A stretch of 64,000 nt of DNA from the human T2T-CHM13v2.0 reference genome, Homo sapiens. The DNA is taken from NCBI RefSeq assembly GCF_009914755.1, contig NC_060928.1; one strand, written 5' to 3'. Both the position numbers and the translations under genes were made by a program. This document shows, one piece after another, positions 1 to 15,591 of the stretch; position 1 is the stretch's first letter; every line of letters starts with the position of its first letter. Below the pieces are notes generated by a model that saw nothing but the letters and a program-made list of their open reading frames with translations, ran no database searches and was not told the origin of the DNA.

Positions 1-819
1 ATAATCAATATTAATTTTATATCTAAGTCTAGTACTTTTATTTTTTACTTCAAGTAGGTCTGTTGTGCACTTATTTACTTGTAATAGTCTGTTGTCTAGG
101 CCCACACATGTAGCAAACAGCATCAAGTGAGTGAAGGTCAGGCATTCCTATCCTAATAGGATATGGCTTACTTGGTGTTTCTATTTATAGATGAAACTGT
201 TTCAAGTCAAACCTTTCTACAATTCTTTTTGTTCTTTATTTTTCCTCTGAAATTTGCAAAAGCTATTCAGCTTCAATTAATTTCCAGGCTTTTTTGACTA
301 CTCTAAAGTATGACTTCACTGACCTTTGTCCTAACTTTCTGATTTCCAGAACATTAGTTATTTTGCACTGATTACTACAGTATATTTAACCTTCAATTCT
401 CTCTTTTCTACTCTGGAGTTTTGACCAATTCAGTTTCAGCTCCTGCCTAAGTTATCTTACCTGTAAGTATTCTATGCTATTTCCAATTCCTAATGTCCTT
501 TTGACAAAAAGATCAAAATATTTTAACCAACACTTCATTACTCAATAACAAATATTTAATAAATATATAGTAAGAGCCTACTGTATGCAAAGCATTTTCA
601 ATTCTTTAATTTCCTTGCCTTTTCCTTCTCCAGCCTTCCTCAACTGATGCAAGTCATTTGTCCTCCACAAGTCTCAATCTTTTCTACTTAACAGACAAAT
701 CTGAACGGTAGGGTGATCATATTTAAACAGTGTCTGCTCTCATTGATCAGGCCTTAATATCTGATATCCTCCCAGACTACAGATTCCCATGATGACCCTT
801 AGGATAATTTTTATTCCAA

Positions 820-945
820 AGCAGTGTAGTACAGTGGAAATTGGTCTTGGAGGCAGATGAGTCTGAGTCAAAATTCTTATTCCAACATTTTGGAGTTATG
901 ACATCATCGGAAAATTACTCTGTTTCCTAACTATGAAATAGTACC
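820..945 (+). mobile_element. MIR SINE relic
   Basis: Degenerate MIR-like core: gcagtgtagtacagtggaaa...ggaggcagatgagtctgagtcaaaattc...ctctgtttcct...tatgaaatag; boundaries approximate. Confidence 0.55.
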
Positions 946-1590
946 CTTCTCTGCTGAAATATAACTAGGAAAATTGGCTAAATAGAAAATCTAATGTGCT
1001 CTGTCATCAATCATATTGTAAAACTTTGGGTACAGCCATAAGACTCTCTCCTTTCCTTTTTGGAGTACTAGAAGTGTCTAGACAAGGGCAAATAAATCTC
1101 ATTTGAAGAACATGACTGTTTAATGAGACTCCATGCCCTTTAAGAGAGGGAAAGAACTAGGTACTCTTTGTAAATGTAAGGGAATATTTAAAAAGAGAGG
1201 GCTTATCAGACACGAGCAATGAAAACATGTTCCTCTTTAACACTGGATTGAAGGAGATGAGTGTCCACTGTTAAAGCCATAGATCTAAATTCTCCTTTTC
1301 TCCATTTACCAGAGAAGAGAGAAGTACCCATAGGCAAAAATCAAAGTAAAACAAAACAAAACAATGAGAAAGCATGAATCCAGAGATTCAACATCTGGTA
1401 GCATGGAACATTTGTTTCGAAAGAGCCAGTACAACATAGTAAAGAAGATCAGAGACCTATACCCAAGATGTATTCTCAGAAGGTGACAACATGAATGAGT
1501 AAAATTGAGGGGAGGGGGGAACGACTCAGAAAAGCAAATCTATAAGGAAATGTGTTTGACTCATTCTTGTCATTAGAAAGAAATGACCCC

Positions 1591-5163
<3,573 letters not shown>

Positions 5164-5226
5164 TATGATGTTAGCTGGTTATTTTGCTCGTTAGTTGATG
5201 CAGTTTCTTCCTAGCATCGATGGTCT

Positions 5227-6243
5227 TTACAATTTGGCATGATTTTGCAGTGACTGGTACTGGTTGTTCCTTTCCATGTTTAGTGCTTCCTTCAGGACCT
5301 CTTTTAGGGCAGGCCTGGTGGTGACAAAATCTCTCAGTGTTTGCTTGTCTGTAAAGTATTTTATTTCTCCTTCACTTATGAAGCTTAGTTTGGCTTGATA
5401 TGAAATTCTGGGTTGAAAATTCTTTTCTTTAAGAATGTTGAATAGTGGCCCTCACTCTCTACTGGCTTGTAGAGTTTCTGCCGAGAGATCCATGGTTAGT
5501 CTGATGGGCTTCCCTTTGTGAGTAACCCGACCTTTCTCTCTGGCTGCCGTTAACATTTTTTCCTTCATTTGAACTTTGGTGAATCTGATAATTATGTGTC
5601 TTGGAGTTGCTCTTCTCGAGGAGTATCTTTGTGGCGTTCTCTGTATTTCCTGAATCTGAATGTTAGCCTGCCTTGCTAGACTGGGGAAGTTCTCCTGGAT
5701 AATATCCTGCAGAGTGTTTTCCAACTTAGTTCCATTCTTCCCTTCACTTTCAGGTACACCAATCAGACGTAGATTTGGTCTTTTCACATAGTCCCATATT
5801 TCTTGGAGGCTTTGTTCGTTTCTTTTTATTCTTTTTTCTCTAAACTTCCCTTCTCGCTTCATTTCATTCATTTCATCTTCCATCACTGATACCCTTTCTT
5901 CCAGTTGATCACATCAGCTCCTGAGGCTTCTGCATTCTTCACGCAGTTCTCGAGCCTTGGCTTTCAGCTCCATCAGCTCCTTTAAGCACTTCTCTGTATT
6001 GGTTATTATAGTTATACATTCATCGAAATTTTTTTCAAAGTTTTCAACTTCTTTTCCCTTGGTTTGAATTTCCTCCTGTAGCTCGGAGTAGTTTGATCAT
6101 CTGAAGCCTTCTTCTCTCAACTCGTCAAAGTCATTCTCTGTCCAGCTTTGTTCCATTGCTGGTGAGGAGCTGCGTTCCTTTGTAGGAGGAAAGGCACTCT
6201 GCTTTTTAGAGTTTCCAGTTTTCCTGCTCTGTTTTTTCCCCGT
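5227..6243 (-). pseudogene. L1 ORF1, start codon mutated ATG>ACG, premature stop
   Basis: Reads ACG GGG AAA AAA CAG at 6243; EQSLQEIWDYVKRPNLRLIGVPE; premature TGA at 5452; TAA at 5227-5229 followed by the canonical 63-bp spacer to the ORF2 ATG (5163). Confidence 0.9.
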
Positions 6244-7270
6244 CTTTGTGGTTTTATCTACTTTTGGTCTTTGATGATGTGATGTACAGATGGGTTTTTG
6301 GTGTGGATATCCTTTCTGTTTGTTAGTTTTCCTTCTAACAGACAGGATCCTCAGCTGCAGGTCTGTTGGAGTTTGCTAGAGGTCCACTCCAGACCCTGTT
6401 TGCCTGGGTACCAGCAGCGGTGGCTGCAGAACAGCGGATTTTCGTGAACTGTGAATGCTGCTGTCTGATCGTTCCTCTGGAAGTTTTGTCTCAGAGGAGT
6501 ACCCGGCCGTGTGAGGTGTCATTCTGCCGCTACTGGGGGGTGCCTCCCAGTTAGGCTGCTCAGAGGTCAGGGATCAGGGACCCACTTGAGGAGGCAGTCT
6601 GCCCATTCTCAGATCTCCAGCTGCATGCTGGGAGAACCACTGCTCTCTTCAAAGCTGTCAGACAGGGACATTTAAGTCTGCGGAGGTTACTGCAGTCTTT
6701 TTGTTTGTCTGTGCCCTGACCCCAGAGGTGGAGCCTACAGAGACAGGCAGGCCTCCTTGAGCTGTGGTGGGCTCCACCCAGTTCGAGCTTCCAGGCTGCT
6801 TTGTTTACCTAAGCAAGCCTGGGCAATGGCGGGTGCCTCTCCCCCAGCCTCGCTGCCACCTTGCAGTTTGATCTCAGACTGCTGTGCTAGCAATCAGTGA
6901 TACTCCATGGGCATAGGACCCTCCGAGCCTGGTGCGGGATATAATCTCCTGGTGCACCATTTTTTAAGCCCGTTGGAAAAGCACAGTATTGGGGTGGGAG
7001 TGACCTGATTTTCCAGGTGCCGTCTGTTACCCCTTTCTTTGACTAGGAAAGGGAACTCCCTGTCCCCTTGCGCTTCCCGAGTGAGGCAATGCCTCGCCCT
7101 GCTTCGGCTAGCACATGGCGTGCTGCACCCACTGTCCTGCGCCCACTGTCTGGCACTCCCTAGTGAGACGAACCCGGTACCTCAGATGGAAATGCAGAAA
7201 TCACCCGTCTTCTGCGTCGCTCACGCTGGGAGCTGTAGACTGGCGCTGTTCCTATTTGGCCATCTTGGCT
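6244..7270 (-). promoter_or_regulatory. L1 5'UTR internal promoter (sense promoter fires minus, antisense promoter fires plus), retaining the 129-bp ZNF93-binding segment
   Basis: 1027-bp GC-rich UTR; YY1 core AAGATGGCC at its 5' end; extra segment ~6371-6499 containing ccagcagcggtggctgc that is absent from L1HS/L1PA2. Confidence 0.85.
6826..6900 (+). pseudogene. L1 ORF0, truncated to 24 aa
   Basis: Translates MAGASPPASLPPCSLISDCCASNQ then TGA where ORF0 has Arg (CGA>TGA CpG decay). Confidence 0.85.
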
Positions 7271-7878
7271 TGTATGTTTATTGCGGCACTATTCACAACA
7301 GCAAAGACTTGGAACCAACCCAAATGTCCAACAATGATAGACTGGATTAAGAAAATGTGGCACATATACACCATGGAATACTATGCAGCCATAAAAAATG
7401 ATGAGTTCATGTCCTTTGTAGGGACATGGATGAAATTGGAAATCATCATTCTCAGTAAACTATCACAAGAACAAGAAACCAAACACTGCATATTCTCACT
7501 CATAGGTAGGAACTGAACAATGAGAACACATGGACACAGGAAGGGGAACATCACACTCTGGGGACTGTTGTGGGGTGGTGGGAGGGGGGAGGGATAGCTT
7601 TAGGAGATATACCTAATGCTAATTGATGAGTTAATGGGCGCAGCACACCAGCATGGTACATGTATACATATGTAACTAACATGCACATTGTGCACATGTA
7701 CCCTAAAACTTAAAGTATAATAATAATAAAATAAATAAATAAATAAAAGAAAGAAATGGCCCCTAAAATTTCATAACATTAATCTAATCCTTACATAGTT
7801 TATCAGGCTGGATTTTACACTATTTTTATTGCCCCATATCCCAAAACAATAGCTTACTTTAAGGTAGTCATAGCTGTA

Positions 7879-7915
7879 ACACACACACACACACACACAT
7901 ACACACACACACACC
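7879..7915. repeat. (CA)n microsatellite
   Basis: Direct reading. Confidence 0.95.
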
Positions 7916-9623
7916 CTTTAAATTACATATCTGCTAAATTAAAACTGTACTGAGAAACTATTTCTCAACTACCAGACTGGGAAATTTTAAAACCTGAACA
8001 GTACATACTGTTGGTGAGGCTGTGTGGAAATATGCACTCCCATATATTGCTGGTGAGAATGCAAATTGGTGCAATCCCGAAATAGAGGAATTTAGCAATA
8101 TCTAACAATACTATATATATAATTTTATATATATATGTATATATATATATTCCCTTTCTCCCCTCTCCCCATAATCTGACTTTCAGGAGTTTATCCTGAA
8201 CATATTAGGCCAACAATAAGAAAAGAGATTTGCACAAGGCTATTAATTTCAGCAATATTTACAATTGCAAAATACTGGGATGTCCAAATATAGGAAATTG
8301 GTTAAATAAACTATGCTGGATTTACACATTGAAGTTCCATGTGGCTGTAAGAAGAGTAAGGAAGTTTTCTATGAATTGATATGGAGGGTTCTTCATTAAC
8401 ATGTGTAAAACATCAAAGGACAAAAGATATATTGTATATTACATATAGATAAAATAAAGAATAAAAGATATACCGCATGTTGTATATGTGTATAGCATAT
8501 GTACATTATATGACCTTTGTGTAAGGAAATAGGAGCAAAAGAATATATAGATATGTGCATTTAACAAAAGAAACTGAAGAATGATAAACCAGAAATCAAG
8601 AAATTATTTACCTACAAAGAGTAGGAGCCCTATTGAACCAGGTGGAAAAGGTTGGAGTGAATACAGTTTCTCCAAGTATACACTGTTGCATAGTTTTGAC
8701 TTTTAGAAGCACAGCAGTGTTTTTCATATTAGAAACATAGTGGATGCAAACAGTGACAAATGAACCAACTTTCATTTCAAATGAATAACATAGCCACACT
8801 GAGAGGGAAAAACAAAAACATAAACAAAACTAATGCCCAGCGTTTGAACATACTTTAAAAAAAATTAGTCCAAAAGAAAAGAAAACATAAACAAATTTTG
8901 AACTCGTCTTAGTAGGTTGTTTTTTCTTTTTCTTTTTCACAGATATATTGGGTATTACCATCCTGAAACTTTTTTTGTGCATGGTACTGTTGATAAAGTG
9001 AATAAATGTGTTGTTGATTTCAGGACATGGTTAAGCAAATGAGTAAATGTGTTGATGTTACATCTCACATTGGAAGAATCAAGTTATGAGTATGTAATAG
9101 TGGAAGGGAGAAAGACAAGAGCCCTGTAGTGGGTGATCATGTGAATGGAGACAAGTATTGACATATATATGTGTGTGTGTGTCTCTCTCTCTCACACACA
9201 CATGCACTCTGCTGAGAGGGCTGGAAACAACCATACATACTGCAGTAGCAATGAGCACATTTAGCACCCAGATCTTAATTTCTAAATACTATTACCCACT
9301 AAAAAACAAAGGAGCAAAGAGCAATAGATAATAATAATTAAAAAAAACAGGCTACCCAAACAAATGACTGAGTCCAGAACTTGAGCAAGGAAGATACAAA
9401 ATGATCCCAAACATTCTCTTGTACCAGAAATTACATTCCCAAAAAGTGCTAATAACAAACAAACAACAACAACAAATGATGGGTAGAGGCATGTCAAAAG
9501 ATCCTAGCAGTTGTTTGAAGGGGTTAGCCCTGGCCAAATGTGAATGAACATTAATTTCTTTTCTTTTCTTTCTTTTGTTTTTTGTTTTGTTTTTTTTTTT
9601 GTTTGTTTGTTTTGTTTTGCAGT

Positions 9624-10231
9624 TGTTACTGGAAAGGGGTAGCAATCCAGACCCCAAAAAAGGGTTCTTGGGCATCGTGCAAGAAAGACTTTGAGGCAAG
9701 TCCATAAAGTGAAAGCAAGTTTATTAAGTAAACGAATAAAAGAATGGCTATTCCATAGGCAGAGCAGAGACATGGGCTGCTCAACTGAGTATACTTGTAG
9801 TTATTTCTTGATTATATGCTAAACAATTGGTGGATTACTCATGAGTTTTCTGGGAAAGGAGTGGGCAATTCCTGGAACTGAAGTTTTCTCCCCTTTTAAG
9901 ACCACATAGGTAACTTCTGGACATTGCCAGGGCGTTTGTAAACTGTCATGGTGCTCCTGGGAGTGTGTTTTAGCATACCAATGCATTATAATTAGTGTAC
10001 TATGAGCAGTGAGGACAATAAGACGTCACTTTTGTCACCATCTTGGTTTTGGCCAGCTTCTTTGCTGCAATCAATTTGATCAGCAACGTCTTTATGACCT
10101 GTACTTTGTGCTGACCTCCTATCTTAACCTGTGACTAAGAATGCCTAACCTCCTGGAAATGCAGCCCAGGTGTCAGCCTTAACCCAGCCCCTATTCAAGA
10201 TGGAATCGCCTCGATTCAAAGGCCTCTGACA
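9624..10231 (-). mobile_element. MER41 (MER41B-like) ERV1 solo LTR
   Basis: Minus strand starts TGTCAGAGGCC...CCATCTTGAATAGGGGCTGGG and ends GGGGTCTGGATTGCTACCCCTTTCCAGTAACA; 4-bp TSD CAGT (9620-9623, 10232-10235). Confidence 0.9.
9848..9877. promoter_or_regulatory. Tandem GAS (STAT1-type TTCN3GAA) motifs within MER41
   Basis: TTCTGGGAA 9848-9856 and TTCCTGGAA 9869-9877. Confidence 0.7.
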
Positions 10232-11059
10232 CAGTGATGGATTAGAATCAACTGAATATAACAGAAATCCATTAGTTCATACTGATAATAAATTGATAGT
10301 AGATTAACAAGTAAAGTAGAAGGGAGGGCTCTTCTTTATAGTAAATAGCTAATAATATAATTGAAATTAGTGGCAGGGTTGGAAAAGATTTTATTTGATA
10401 ACCATTATATTAAGGATTGGAGTGGATAAAAATCATCAATTGATGCTAAATATAGGTAAGGAAAAGTTAATGAGGAACAGAATATTTACACAGTCTCAAA
10501 GTATCTCCCTATAAATTATTAATTATAAAAGGAAATGATATCTATACAGTGGAGAAAATGAGCAAAATTTTAACCAAATGATGAAAATTAATCTCATCAA
10601 AAAGAGACAAATAGTAATTATGTGCCTCCATATGTAATATATCCTGAAAAGTACATACATTACTTATATATTACTCCAACAAAAAGTACATAATCTGATG
10701 CTAATCATAAGGAAATACCAGAAAAACCCAAATTGAGAAACATTTCTCAATTTTTTAAGGATTGTCACTGTCATGAAAGACAAAGCCTCTTTCAGATTAA
10801 AGAAAACTAAAGATACATGAAAACTAAATGCAGTATAAGATCCTGGATTGAATATTGTATTTCCCAAAAATGCTTCAGATAACATTATTGTGATAATGGA
10901 CAAAATTAAAGTGTGAATTATTAATTACCTAAAGCTATTCTATCAGTGTTACCTTTTCTAAATTTGATAGCTAAACTCGGTTTTATAATACATATATTGT
11001 TATTCTTTGGAAATGCACACTAAAATTTCAAGGCATTGGGGTGGCATGATGTATACAAC

Positions 11060-11664
11060 TATGGGAAGTCAGGATTTTCTTCCCCAAAATATAAATGATT
11101 GTTGAGCTGAAGACAACTAACAAGAAGACACAGGAAATCTCCTTGCCCGTCCTCAATTTGCCTAAAAGCAGGCCAAAGATAAAAGATACCACTCTCTACT
11201 CTAGCTATCCTGGCCCACTCTAGGTATTCTAGATTTGCAAAAACAAAAGTTTTTTTTTTTTTCCTGCCCCCACTCCCACTGCTACCAGGGGGAACAAAGG
11301 TTAACCACTGAAGACAATTTTGGAGTCTTATGGAAATGGAGATGGTACAGAGGAATCTACATTAACAAGGTTTACTCACTAACCTTTATCTACCACTTAT
11401 TAGCCTTCCCCCAAGTTGCTGCCTCAACAGACTCAAAGGTTTTTTTCCTTTGATTTCTCACTTCTCTAAAAATTTGTTATTTTTTATTGAAGATGCTATG
11501 TAAACTGGAATCCAAAGCCATCTGAGAACTACTCATTCCTTGGGTGTCTTCCACATATCTGTGAAATATACGCATTCATAAACTTCTGTTTGTCTTTTTT
11601 GTGTTAATCAGTCTTTCGTTACAGGGGTTCATTTCAGTCCTATGGGGTTTATTTTTCCCCTGCA
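11060..11664 (+). mobile_element. MER34-family ERV1 solo LTR
   Basis: ccccaaaatat...gattgttgagctgaag at the start; aaacttctgtttgt...gttaatcagtctttcgttacagggg...tttttcccctgca at the end. Confidence 0.7.
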
Positions 11665-11968
11665 GAACTTAATCTCAACTGGTTCCAAAAACTTTCTACT
11701 TTTGTTGCCATCTTTCTGTAAAATATTTAAAAATACATGGTTAAAACATTTAATATAATGCTAAAGTTGAACTTCTTGGATGGTATAGTATTTAAATGTA
11801 ATTAAAATAATTTTAATTATTTTTAAATTTTTATTTCCCCAAATATAAGTATTAATTATTAAAAGTTTGACATTATAGCACAGGTAAAATAATTAGTCTT
11901 GTTACTGTAAATATGTGAAATTCAATAGATGATAGCCTTCGACTGAAACTGGTAGAAGGACTAGTATC

Positions 11969-12557
11969 CATAAACCAAAAATAAAGTTCTAAGGCTCCCC
12001 AACCATCTGAATGCAGCACCTGACAGCCAGGGCTCTTAAAATTTAACCCAAGAGACTGTTTCAGGCCATGAAGGGAAGTGGAGGTCGAACGTGCCTCATT
12101 ATACCTCTACGGCACTAACATCAACACAGACTTTAAATCTGATAAGGAACATTTTACAACCTATTCTCTCTGAAGCCTGCCAGCTAAAAGTTTCATCTAC
12201 CTGGTAAAGCTTTGCTCTCCACCACCTCTTATAGCAACCCAGACATTCCCTTCTATTGATCCCAGGTCTTTGGATAAACTCAACCAATTGTCAACCAGAA
12301 AACATTTAAATTTACCTGTAGCCTGGAAGTCCTTGTCTTGAGTTGTCCCACCTTTCTGGACCAAACCAATGTATTTCTTAAATGTATTTGATAGATGTAT
12401 CATGCCTCCCTAAAATGTATCAAACCAAGCTGCGCCCCGACCACCTTGGACACAAGTTCTCAGGACCTCCTGAGGGTTGTGTCATGGGCCATGGTCATTC
12501 ATATTTGGCTCACAATAAATCTCTTCAAATATTTTAGTTTGACTCTTTTCGTTGACA
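11969..12557 (+). mobile_element. MER4-family ERV1 solo LTR
   Basis: taaaccaaaaataaagttctaaggc...aaccatctgaatg start; aataaatctcttcaaatatttt...gactcttttcgttgaca end; TSD TATC (11965-11968, 12558-12561). Confidence 0.9.
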
Positions 12558-12944
12558 TATCTTTTGGCTTTTTCTGCAAGTATATGTATGACATTGTCAC
12601 CAAGCTTATTACTTGATTAGTAACTATCCAAGGTATATATCTATGTTCTTCTTAACTCCTGGACTTCACCATTTGCTACACAATGGTGTGGCAAATTAAG
12701 TGAAATAATCGCTCAAAATGAAGTTTTGTACACTGCTTGAATACAATGCTTTCTGAACATTTTTAAGGTTCTCATCAGACTATTGGTCTTAACTATGTAT
12801 TTTATTTCTAATACTTTTGCATGCACTTGCTTGTTTACACAATCACTTGTCTGCATTTCAGTTTTCATTTGATTCATTTTTTCAGTATGACCATGGAGTG
12901 AAATGGCAGGAGGATCTGTGGACTGTGTATCATGTAAGAAATAC

Positions 12945-13162
12945 CTGTACTCTCAAGATACAGCCATTCAGTTACTTCAGCAGTTTCCAACAAACTATTT
13001 TCTCTGTTAGTAACCACTGCTTATTACTCATTCCTGTCATCATAGATTTGTTAAGATTTTCTCTTTCTTTCAAGTAACTTTTTTACATGCAGCAGCTATT
13101 ATATCTTGGTTGAAGATCTTGTATAAGTTGAACATCTCATATAAGAACAGTTTTTGAAATCT
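12945..13162 (-). pseudogene. Candidate decayed exon E: second half of a cNMP-binding domain
   Basis: gactttag| ... cag|gtattt. Enters in phase 1, matching exon D. Reads KISKTVLI*DVQLIQDLQPRYNSCCM*KSYLKERENLNKSMMTGMSN, then by frameshift AVVTNRENSLLETAEVTEWLYLEST; resembles LxxGxxFGE-xxLxxxxRxA-TVVTxxxxxLL. Confidence 0.5.
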
Positions 13163-14471
13163 CTAAAGTCATGACAAAATTTCAAAATATAATGCACATT
13201 CTAAATGACATCTTGTATGTTTATTTATATTTGAAAATGAATCTTTGGTTATTAACATAAGGGAAATATCATGCCTTATTTATGCAAATGATAGTGTGCT
13301 TTTGTAAACCCACATGATCCCATGACTGCTACTCACAGGTAAGTTCAAGGATGTCGGAAATAACTTGCAATCAGCATTTTCCCATTCTATCCTCCAAACT
13401 GTGAGACCTGAAGTTGAAGGTGAATAGTACATTTAGCACTGAACACTAAAACAGAATCCCAATTTCCATTCATTTCTGGTTTATATGGATGTCAAGGTTT
13501 TGTGAAACATACTTTAAATAGGAGAAATAAGAAAACATGGTTAGTATTAGAGATGATAATTTTTTAATAAATTTTACCTACTATTATTCAAATTCATATG
13601 TAAATGAATGCAAAATGAATTCAATAGGCGTTTAACTAGTTTTATCCCATGTAGAGTTAGGTATTTTATCTTTAACACTAGAAAAATCCTCAGGGTAATT
13701 TGTAGTTGTTAAGACAGAAGCCTAGTTTGTTATCGTCCCTCTGCAGTGGCTTAATAAAAATGCCTCAGACATTTTCTGAGCCTAAATACGATATGCATTT
13801 TCATTCTTCTATATGGGTAATTTTTAATTTTCTTCTTTACCTCAAGTTTCTGAATTTATTATTTTTCTGTAATTCTTCCTAATTTCTATAGCAAACTTTT
13901 TATAATTGGAAAATAACTATACACGTTATATAAAACTTACTTTGATAAAATGAAAATTGTTATATGTATTATAAAATAAAAACTATAGCTAATATAAGGT
14001 TTTAAATAAGCTCTACAACTCAATAGCATATTTATTCACCCAAACCGCACAAGTAACAGACCAATTCTGGCAATTCTGTCAGATGCCTAAAGTCAAATAA
14101 AACGAGATAGCTTTAAATCACCATGTGTGAAATCTGAAGAGAAAAGAAGGAAACATTCAGTGTTAGCTATAAAGGCTGCATGGTAGAAACAAGGATTTAT
14201 TATATATTTATTATTAACATAGTAATCATTTTAAATTATAATATAAAAAATGGAAATATAAACAAATTTTAAAGTTTTGAACTTTAATTGAAATTGTCTG
14301 CACTCTTCTATGGGGAGAAAAAGACAATTTAAAACAATGATATTTGAAACATAAATGAATAAATAAATTTTAAAATGTCCTCAATATCTACATATCCACA
14401 TATATTAATTATCATTTTCTTCATCTATAGGAAGCATGGCTTAGTGGAAATTATAAAGCATTATGAGCTAA

Positions 14472-14722
14472 TGTGGCAGGCCAGGTCTCACTAACAGCTG
14501 AAATGGCAGGCCTCTGTGACAAATATGTCAGCACTGACTGAGTGGTTAAGTTAAATATTAAAAGCTGATAGAGCCAGTGCCCTTATACAAAGCCTGGAAT
14601 GTAACAAAAGCCCACCAAGAGTTTTGCCTAGGCTTTTCCTGGGCCTTGAAGCATGACAAGATAATGAAGGAATTGTTAACAGGACCCCTCTAGGATTCAA
14701 CAAGTTTTCTTACGGATCTGAA
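14472..14722 (+). mobile_element. MER21-family LTR 5' fragment
   Basis: tgtggcaggccaggtctcactaac...cagcactgactgagtggttaagttaaatattaaaagctga. Confidence 0.75.
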
Positions 14723-14727
14723 GAATC

Positions 14728-14812
14728 TTCATTTGCCATGAAGGTAACACATTTACTAATTCCAGGGATTAGGGCATGGATAGTTTTGAGGGGACTTTAT
14801 TCTACCTATCAC
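14728..14812 (-). mobile_element. MLT1 (MaLR) LTR terminal fragment
   Basis: aggtaacacatt...ttccagggattagggcatgga...ttattctacctatcaca. Confidence 0.6.
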
Positions 14813-14946
14813 AGAGTACTTCATGTGACTGCAGTTGAGGAACATAATTATTAATCTCTAAGAAATAATAATTATGTGTTTAAATAAACTCGTGAAACCC
14901 TCTGTTAAAAAAAAGTCACTTCTAGAGAGCTGAAGTATACAACTAT

Positions 14947-15526
14947 TGTAGAAGGGAAAATATTTCTTCCTTCACTCATTGCAAGGTTCATGGCTGACAT
15001 CCCTAAAATAAAAGACAGATTGACAAGAGGAAAACATACAAATTTATATAAGTTTTATGTGACACAGGAACCTTCAGAAATGAAGATAGAAAAGACCCAG
15101 AGAAAACAATTTATCTTTATAGACAGTTGTAAAAAAAAAAAGTATGATTGGCAGACAAAAGAGTATGACTTAATGATAATAAACTGAGGGGAACTCAGCA
15201 AGGCTTGCTTGTTCAGATTCTTTTTGGCATCTCTGTGTCAAACTCCATCTCTCTGGGTTTAGGACAGACACTTGTCACATGAAGGCCTTTAGGAGAAGAG
15301 AGGGATTACATCAGAGAGTAACCGTCCCAGGTTTTATGGTTTGTTTCAGGGTGAAAGGGGCTGGTAGAATTCTGGTTTTCATGATCCTTTTCAGCAAAAA
15401 AGTGGTGGGAGGAGGTCAGAAAGACCTTTCTGCTTCTGTGGATTTTTAACTTTCTTTCGGGTTAAATGATTAAGTATGCTAAGATGCCATATTTTGGGAT
15501 AGTGTTTTTTGCATCCCACTTCATCA
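14947..15526 (-). mobile_element. MER39/MER34-family ERV1 solo LTR
   Basis: TG...CA termini; TSD CTAT (14943-14946, 15527-15530); aaaagacagattgacaagagg and gccatattttggg motifs. Confidence 0.75.
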
Positions 15527-15591
15527 CTATTTTAAGAACTCTAAAAAGTTTCCAATGTATATGTAAAAAATTTTATTTAATAGTTAATCTT

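Larger units (their letters stand above)
7930..11055 (+). mobile_element. Old L1M (L1ME/L1MC-like) 3' region fragments, interrupted by MER41
   Basis: Degenerate L1 3' motifs (tgctggtgagaatgcaaattggtgc; aagtatacttg..; aaatgcagtataagatcctggattg); boundaries and subfamily uncertain. Confidence 0.6.
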
